Below are positions 57,604 through 64,000 of a stretch of DNA of 64,000 bases, piece by piece. The notes below the pieces were generated by a model. The model did not search any database and was not told where the DNA came from. It was given only the letters and a program-made list of their open reading frames with translations. The translations under genes were made by a program, and so were the position numbers. How positions within the stretch are numbered: the stretch's first letter is position 1; each line of letters opens with the position of its first letter. Origin of the DNA: Promethearchaeia archaeon (GTDB lineage: Archaea > Asgardarchaeota > Lokiarchaeia > Sigyniarchaeales > SOKP01); contig JAHQWK010000022.1 of NCBI GenBank assembly GCA_029856145.1, positions 32,001 to 96,000 on the forward strand. The letters are read 5' to 3'.

Positions 57604-58626
57604 TTATTTATACTTTTTCAAGAGATCCTCAGGACTAAATACTCCATCTTCAGTAATTATTCCTGTTACCAATCTAAACGGAGTAATATCAAAAGCATAA
57701 TTCAAACACTCTACTCCATCAGGAATAATTTGAACCTTTCCCAGTATATTACTAACTTCTAAGCTATCTCTTTGCTCAATTTTTACATCGTCTACAGTTT
57801 CGTGAAGAGATAATGTTGACGTTGGAGCAGCCACATAAAAAGGTATATTATTATCTTTCGCAGCTAACGCAACTAAATATGTACCAATCTTATTGAAAAC
57901 TGCATCAGAAGTTACTCGATCAGTTCCAACTATAACTTTATTTATTTTTCCCAGTCTCATTATTAATCCAGAGGATGTATCAGAAATTACTTTTACGGGA
58001 ATTTTATCATATTGTAGCTCATACGCAGTTAATCTCGCTCCCTGTAATCTAGGTCTGGTTTCATCAGCAATTACACTAATATTTTTTCCATCTTCAATTG
58101 CAGTTCTTACAGGTGCGAGAGCAGTTCCATATTGAACTGTTGCTAGTGAACCAGCATTGCAATGCGTCAAAACAACATCTCCATCCTCCAATAAAGTAGC
58201 TCCATTTTTGCCAATATTTTTGTTAACATTGACATCCTCTTGAGCCATTAATTTAGCTTCTTCAATGACAAGTTCTGATAAATTTGAAGGATTATCTGGA
58301 TATGAACTAACAATTTTCCAAATTCTGTCAATAGCCCAAAAGAGGTTTGAGGCAGTTGGTCTTGTGCTTCTAATTCTCTCAGCAGCTTCTTCCATTTTTT
58401 TTAGAAATTCAGATTTTGGAAGTCCCTTATATTCAATCGTGGCTAGTGCCATTCCCATTGCTGCCGCAACACCTATAGCTGGGGCACCTCGGATATTCAT
58501 AACTTTAATTGCAGTCGCAACATCTCTATAATTGGTAAACTCAAGGAATTCAAGTTTATGGGGAAGGATCGTTTGATCAATCATTTTTACTTTATTATCA
58601 ATCCATTCAATCGTCGAAGGAATCAT
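57604..58626 (-). CDS. mtnA: S-methyl-5-thioribose-1-phosphate isomerase (eIF2B-alpha family)
   Basis: IDQT.LP, IRGAPAIG, TRPTA.NL, LTHCNAGSLAT, DETRPRLQG, NKIGTY, FDITP. Confidence 0.92.
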   Translation of the reverse strand: MIPSTIEWIDNKVKMIDQTILPHKLEFLEFTNYRDVATAIKVMNIRGAPAIGVAAAMGMALATIEYKGLPKSEFLKKMEEAAERIRSTRPTASNLFWAIDRIWKIVSSYPDNPSNLSELVIEEAKLMAQEDVNVNKNIGKNGATLLEDGDVVLTHCNAGSLATVQYGTALAPVRTAIEDGKNISVIADETRPRLQGARLTAYELQYDKIPVKVISDTSSGLIMRLGKINKVIVGTDRVTSDAVFNKIGTYLVALAAKDNNIPFYVAAPTSTLSLHETVDDVKIEQRDSLEVSNILGKVQIIPDGVECLNYAFDITPFRLVTGIITEDGVFSPEDLLKKYK

Positions 58627-58753
58627 AAATATTTAGAATCTTACAATCCTTAAAAATTAAATTTGAAATTGTTTATATGCTTAATTGATATATGAAGAAC
58701 TTTTTTTGGTTAGTTCTAAAGGTATTGTGAATAAAAAGGATTTATAAACAAAA

Positions 58754-59632
58754 TTGATTAGATATATGAATATCCTAAAATCCCCTATTATCTCTTGTAG
58801 CCGCAGAACAGATATCCCCGCATTTTTAATGGATTGGGTCGTTCAACAGATAAAGATTGGCTACGTCGATGTAGTAAATCCTTTTAATCGAAATCAAATA
58901 TCTCGTATTTCTTTAAAACCAGAGGATGTTAAATGTTGGGTTTGGTGGTCAAAAAATTTTAAAGATTGGATTAAGACATTTAATGAAACTGAAAATCTAT
59001 TTAGAATGTATAAAGGTCATTCCTTCCAATTTACAATTAATTCACCTTCTGAATTAGAGAATAATGTAAAAATCTCTTTAGAAAATAGGTTTCAGCAATT
59101 AGAATGGTTGATAAATGAATTTGGTTTATTAGCTGTTAATTTTAGATTTGACCCAATAATTCTATACAAAAAACATAACTCTAAGATAATAAAAAGTAAT
59201 CTAGACAAATTTGAATACATTATTAAGAATATTTCAGCCCTTGGGTTGAAAGAAATGATTTTTTCTTTTGCAACGATTTATGAGAAAGTAAAAACTCGTA
59301 TGAATGCTAGGGGTTATACTCCAATTGATCCCCCTATTGAACGAAAAAAAGAAATTCTCACCAAAATGATTGAGATATGTTCTAATTACGATATTAAAAT
59401 GAATGCTTGTTGTCAACCAGACTTAATTAAAATAAACGGTGTTGAGCAAGCACATTGTATTGATGCTTATAGAATTGAAAAGATTGTGGGGGGGCAAATC
59501 CCCAAAATAAGAGATACTGGTCAGAGAAAGGATTGTGGATGTTTTAGAGCAAAAGATATTGGAGGTTACACTGGAATTTTTCGGTGCAAGCATAATTGTG
59601 ATTATTGTTATGCTTCTCCAGCAAAAAAATAA
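58754..59632 (+). CDS. DUF1848-family protein
   Basis: IISCSRRTDIPAF, NPFN, WSKN, RFDPI, HCID, QR..CGC....DIG.Y, CKHNCDYCYA. Confidence 0.85.
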   Translation: MIRYMNILKSPIISCSRRTDIPAFLMDWVVQQIKIGYVDVVNPFNRNQISRISLKPEDVKCWVWWSKNFKDWIKTFNETENLFRMYKGHSFQFTINSPSELENNVKISLENRFQQLEWLINEFGLLAVNFRFDPIILYKKHNSKIIKSNLDKFEYIIKNISALGLKEMIFSFATIYEKVKTRMNARGYTPIDPPIERKKEILTKMIEICSNYDIKMNACCQPDLIKINGVEQAHCIDAYRIEKIVGGQIPKIRDTGQRKDCGCFRAKDIGGYTGIFRCKHNCDYCYASPAKK

Positions 59633-59641
59633 GAAATGAAA

Positions 59642-60097
59642 CTACTTTTTCATCCCAGAAACATATTTAGATAATTCCCAAAATGGTGGAACAAGTCCGA
59701 GTTCATAAAATATATCATAAAAGCAAAAAGCACCCCATTGATCCTTAATTTTGCCTTCTGAGTTAATGTATAAAATTGTTGCTCCTTCAAATGTTACATT
59801 TTTTCCTGTAGGTTCGAAACCCCATCCTTTTCCTAGATGTATACCATGTCCTTTATAGCGTATCCAAACCTTATCTTCTTCTCCCTTCATCTCAACAATT
59901 TCATATTTTAAATCTGGAAAGAGAGAACGAAAATATGTGATTTCATGTTTTACCTGAGCTGGACCGACTTTATCTATTTGAATCCAACTTGGATTATATT
60001 TCGGATCAATAATTTCATCAGCAATATTAAGATCTGGCTTACTCCACCTCAATTCAAAAAACAATCTTCCAATTTTTTCAGTTTCTTCAATTTTCAT
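59642..60097 (-). CDS. SnoaL-like/ester cyclase family protein
   Basis: FPDL.YEI, E.DKV..RY...G.H.G...G..PTGK...F.G, GKI...W. Confidence 0.88.
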   Translation of the reverse strand: MKIEETEKIGRLFFELRWSKPDLNIADEIIDPKYNPSWIQIDKVGPAQVKHEITYFRSLFPDLKYEIVEMKGEEDKVWIRYKGHGIHLGKGWGFEPTGKNVTFEGATILYINSEGKIKDQWGAFCFYDIFYELGLVPPFWELSKYVSGMKK

Positions 60098-60271
60098 TTT
60101 ATAACTGTATAATTTAACTTTTTAAATAAAAAATATAATTATAAATTTTAATAGAATCTAATATATTGAATATTAAAGAAAAACCAAAATAAATACATAT
60201 TAAAAACAATTCAGTTTTTATATTATATATAATATTATTGTTGAGGTTTTAACTAATAGAGAGGTTATTTC

Positions 60272-61156
60272 ATGCCAAAGTGTAAGTTTTATATAGTAGA
60301 TGTGTTTGCTGAAAGAAAATTCGAAGGAAACCAACTTGCTGTTTTCATATGTGAGGAAGCACTCTTTGAAGCTGAAATGCAAAAAATTGCAAAAGAGATG
60401 AACTATTCTGAAACAACTTTTATTACTTCCAAAGAAAATTATGATGTTCGTATTTTTACCCCAGAAGTTGAATTACCCTTTGCAGGGCATCCGACAATAG
60501 GAACTGCTTATGTAATTCAACAGGAATTAATTAAGGGAAATGTTAAGACTATTCTTCTTAATCTCAAAATTGGCCCAATCCCTGTATTATTTAAATATAA
60601 ATCTGGAAAGCCCGATTTAATATGGATGGAACAAAATCCTCCTACATTTGGCAGATTTTTTGATACAGAATCAATTTCTCAAATTCTGAATTTAGAAGAG
60701 AGCGATATTGATGATAGATTTCCAATTCAAGAAGTATCTACAGGAGGCCCCTTCATTATTGTACCTTTGAAGACATTGGATGCTTTAAAGCGAGCTAAAG
60801 TAGATGTAGATAAATGTTTTGATCTGGTGGAAAAAACCGAAGCAAAATCGATATTAATTTTTTGCTCAGAAACTCGTAATAAAGGAAATGATTTGAGTGT
60901 CCGTGTTTTTGCTCATTATCATGGTGTCCCAGAAGACCCTGCTACAGGAAGTGGCAACGGATGTCTAGCCGCATATTTAGTAAAACATCAATATTTTATT
61001 AAAAATCGTATAGATATTAAAGTTGAGCAGGGTTATGAGGTAGGAAGACCTTCATTGCTTTACTTAAGAGCAGAAGGAAGTGATAAAGGGGAAATTAGTG
61101 TATCAGTTGGAGGAAAGGTTATCCTTTCAGCTATAGGAGAATTAGTAGATAATTAA
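60272..61156 (+). CDS. PhzF-family isomerase
   Basis: VDVF...FEGNQLAV, NYSETTF, RIFTP..ELPFAGHPT, EDPATGSG, EQG...GRPS. Confidence 0.93.
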   Translation: MPKCKFYIVDVFAERKFEGNQLAVFICEEALFEAEMQKIAKEMNYSETTFITSKENYDVRIFTPEVELPFAGHPTIGTAYVIQQELIKGNVKTILLNLKIGPIPVLFKYKSGKPDLIWMEQNPPTFGRFFDTESISQILNLEESDIDDRFPIQEVSTGGPFIIVPLKTLDALKRAKVDVDKCFDLVEKTEAKSILIFCSETRNKGNDLSVRVFAHYHGVPEDPATGSGNGCLAAYLVKHQYFIKNRIDIKVEQGYEVGRPSLLYLRAEGSDKGEISVSVGGKVILSAIGELVDN

Positions 61157-61177
61157 TTACATTAAATTTCTTATTTT

Positions 61178-62296
61178 TTATACACTAGTTCTGTATGCTT
61201 TAACTTGTTTTACTAAAGCATTAACTTCTTCAGAATGAGAAAATAAAGCGCATGGAGATCCATTAGTTTCTAATAAATGTTCACTTTCTCTAATAACCTT
61301 AAATAATTGGCTATTTAAACCTTCTCTTAAGGTATTTTTAGTTAAATTATGAGTTGCGATGTTAGAAACCGGACAAGGTGTCAAATCACCTAATGGTGTT
61401 ATATGAGCAAATCCCCTCCCTGCAGATACACAACCACCCATATATTCTTCATCTCCAGGAGAATGAATAAGAAATATTTGTTTCGTTTCTCGATAATTTA
61501 AAACGATTTCTCTAAATTTCTTACTTTCCTCATTAGTGAGCATTAGTTCTGCATCATTATCTACTGGAATATATTCTAGAAGGAAAGCTAAACGTACACC
61601 TTTAGATATCAGATCATCGATATTTTTGGGGTTCATCCAAAATTTAACATTTTTTCTGTTAATTGTAACTGAAATTCCACTAATGACACCTTTACTATCT
61701 AACTCGTTAATTGTATTAAAAGCTTTTTCAAAAACTCCTAATCCTCTTCGTTTATCAGTTAAATCTTGATCTCCTTCAATACTTACCATTATTATCGTAT
61801 TTCTTAATCGTTTAAGCTTTTCAATATCTTGGCTTTCTAACATTGTTCCATTTGTGAAAATCAAGAATAATCTATCTTTGAATTCCTCACTAATTTTTAA
61901 TAAATTTGGCATTAAGAAAGGTTCACCACCCGCAATTATAAAAGCGAACACACCTAATTCTCTTGCTTCTTGTATTATTTTGATCCATTGTTCTAAATCT
62001 AATGTTTTTCTAGTTCTTTGGTTACATAATGTGCCTGTTGCAGCGGCATAGCAACCTGCGCATTTAAGATTACATTTTGAAGTTATACTTAATATTAAGA
62101 AGGGTGGTACTTTTAGACCTTTAAGTAGTTCTTCTCCTCTTAACTTGCGAGACTTTCTATACGCTTTCGCTAATCTAATCATTTTATACATACTTTTTGG
62201 ATTCTTTAAAATCCAAGGCATGAAGATTTTTGCCATTGTAGGATCGACTTTCTTCAGAGTACGGTTTATATAATTAGTATTTTTTTCGTCCATCAT
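61178..62296 (-). CDS. Radical SAM protein with Twitch/SPASM-like C-terminus
   Basis: CNLKCAGC, GGEPF, FTNG, GCVSAGRG..HI...GD..PCP. Confidence 0.9.
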   Translation of the reverse strand: MMDEKNTNYINRTLKKVDPTMAKIFMPWILKNPKSMYKMIRLAKAYRKSRKLRGEELLKGLKVPPFLILSITSKCNLKCAGCYAAATGTLCNQRTRKTLDLEQWIKIIQEARELGVFAFIIAGGEPFLMPNLLKISEEFKDRLFLIFTNGTMLESQDIEKLKRLRNTIIMVSIEGDQDLTDKRRGLGVFEKAFNTINELDSKGVISGISVTINRKNVKFWMNPKNIDDLISKGVRLAFLLEYIPVDNDAELMLTNEESKKFREIVLNYRETKQIFLIHSPGDEEYMGGCVSAGRGFAHITPLGDLTPCPVSNIATHNLTKNTLREGLNSQLFKVIRESEHLLETNGSPCALFSHSEEVNALVKQVKAYRTSV

Positions 62297-62633
62297 TTGT
62301 TCAATTTTCCTTGATCTTCTTAGACTAAAATTTGTTAAATTCTTTCTATGTTTTTTAATAAAATTTTGCTTAACTTATAATTTCAGTAGTCCATTTTTTA
62401 ATACTGATAGAAAAGTTGGGGCTTTACTACATAAGTGTCTAATTGGCTTCTTTAATCATAATACCTAAGATAAATTTTAATAAAGTTTTACTTTTCGAAA
62501 TCTTAAATGAATGTAAATGTTTTGAATAGAAAAACAAACTTGATAGTATTTTGGGTTTCAAACGTAATATTTATTTTCAAATTCAACCTTTACAAATTTA
62601 ATAGTTTTATTCTTATTTCAGATACAGAACAAA

Positions 62634-64000
62634 ATGAATATTAAAATCAAATTTGCTTTTATAACTCTTATTATAATATTATTTCAATCATCCTTGAAAG
62701 TAATCGGTGTGTTAATTACCGGTAGTTTAAGTTTTCTTTCTGAAACAGTAGATACTCTAACGGATATACTTTTTGTTTCTATAACTTTATATTCATTGTA
62801 TTATAGTCAGAAGCCAGCTGATTATGAACACATGTATGGGCATACAAAAATCGATTCCATTTCTGGATTAATTCAAGGGATAATTCTGATGAATATTTAT
62901 GTGATATTGATTTATATCGGTATCCAAACAATTATTACAGGGAATTTTCAAATTATCAACCCTGAAGTCGGCTTAATATTGTTAATAATTTCTTTTGTTG
63001 TAAATTTAGTTTTCTCGAGAATATTAATATCGAAAGGAAAGCAACAGAAGAGTCTAACTTTGAGAATACAGGGTCTTAATTTATTTCAAGATTCTATGAG
63101 AGCTATTATCGTTTTGCTAAGTTTTATCTTTGCTTACTTTAATATCATTTTTATTGATCCAATACTTAGTGTTGTTCTCTCTGTTTGGATAATAATTGGA
63201 GCATTTAAATTATCGAAAGGAGGGGTTAAAGAACTTACAGATACGAATCCTATAAGTACAATTATAATCGAAGAACTAAGAAAAAAAATTTTCCTTTTAG
63301 AACATGTTGTTGGTGTACATGATATCAAAATACGAACAAGTGGTAAAATATTATTTTTAGAAGTTCATTTATCTGTTGAAGATCATATTTCCATTGTTCA
63401 TGCGAATGAAATTATAAAAGCTATAAGAAGCTTAAGTGAGAAGTTATTTTCATTATATGAAGTAGAATGCATTGTAGAAATGAATCCTATGGCAAGTGAA
63501 AAATCAATTGGCGAAGGATTAATAAATTTAATTTTTTCCATGAGATCTGAATACCATGAAATTGTGAATTTTAAAGATCTAAACATATTTAGTATTGAAA
63601 ATAAATATTTTCTTTCTTTAGTAGTGATTGTTGATGAAAATCTTTCCCTTTCAGAAGCTCATCAGACATGCTCTCATTTTGAGAATGAGATAATAAAACA
63701 AGCACCTCATATATCCAGAGTTATTACTCATATAGAAGGTCAACCTTATAGTGGAGTTCTAATACCAGGACAAATAAAATGTGCTGATGTTGGACCAGAA
63801 ATGATAAAACAAATAACTGAGTCTGTCGAAAAGGTCCTAAGGTCACATCCCCAAGTTAAAGGATTTCATAGATTAGAATTTTGGGCAACATTAGATTACT
63901 GTATCTTAGAAGCACATGTATTTTTTGATGGCTCATTAAATATAGCAAAAATACATAATTTCATTTCTGAATTAGAAAATAAGATTAGAGAAGAGCTAGG
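62634..64000 (+). CDS. Cation diffusion facilitator transporter with at least three C-terminal dimerisation domains (3'-truncated by window)
   Basis: Not in ORF track. MNIKIKFAFITL..., TGSLSFLSETVDTLTD, KPADYEHMYGHTKID, IDPI.S, then three HD/..EVH/..AH-type C-terminal repeats; frame open to the window edge. Confidence 0.88.
   Translation, partial: MNIKIKFAFITLIIILFQSSLKVIGVLITGSLSFLSETVDTLTDILFVSITLYSLYYSQKPADYEHMYGHTKIDSISGLIQGIILMNIYVILIYIGIQTIITGNFQIINPEVGLILLIISFVVNLVFSRILISKGKQQKSLTLRIQGLNLFQDSMRAIIVLLSFIFAYFNIIFIDPILSVVLSVWIIIGAFKLSKGGVKELTDTNPISTIIIEELRKKIFLLEHVVGVHDIKIRTSGKILFLEVHLSVEDHISIVHANEIIKAIRSLSEKLFSLYEVECIVEMNPMASEKSIGEGLINLIFSMRSEYHEIVNFKDLNIFSIENKYFLSLVVIVDENLSLSEAHQTCSHFENEIIKQAPHISRVITHIEGQPYSGVLIPGQIKCADVGPEMIKQITESVEKVLRSHPQVKGFHRLEFWATLDYCILEAHVFFDGSLNIAKIHNFISELENKIREEL

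Noticed and set aside
57604-58626. eIF2B subunit call
   Set aside because: The catalytic THCNAG Cys, GTDR Asp and RGAP motifs fit an active sugar-phosphate isomerase (MtnA) better.
1-64000. Genome-wide TGA reassignment
   Set aside because: TGA ends apparently complete genes (rps3ae, acyl-CoA dehydrogenase, cobB, cyaB), and other conserved genes have no internal TGA.

Overview
AT-rich, gene-dense archaeal chromosomal segment. Gene content points strongly to an Asgard archaeon of Lokiarchaeia type. It carries the ESCRT cluster (Snf7-family ESCRT-III, Vps4, Vps25-like, Vps22/36-like) next to a Rab-like GTPase, four different longin/roadblock-domain architectures, a short histone-fold protein, uS15/eS1 and PGF-type membrane-anchored surface proteins. 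Housekeeping and metabolic genes include pgk, mtnA, dus, cobB, larB/larC with nikR, fatty-acid enzymes, sugar nucleotidyltransferases and MFS/CDF transporters. Several features are absent from the ORF track: tRNA-Val(GAC) with a 30-nt D-arm intron, tRNA-Gly(GCC) with a 30-nt T-loop intron, one full-length glycogen phosphorylase frame interrupted by two in-frame TGA codons, a GNAT remnant, a perfect 29-bp duplicated promoter-like element, and a CDF transporter running off the right edge. The best candidates for new biology are (i) a wHTH regulator + 7TM-longin receptor + duplicated promoter + surface protein module, (ii) a MIM1-like motif in the N-terminal extension of Vps25 that mirrors the ESCRT-III tail, (iii) the TGA-interrupted glgP, and (iv) a CYTH/HD-domain pair. 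No CRISPR array, IS element, integrase or rRNA was seen. All domain calls are by eye from motifs; no database searches were run.
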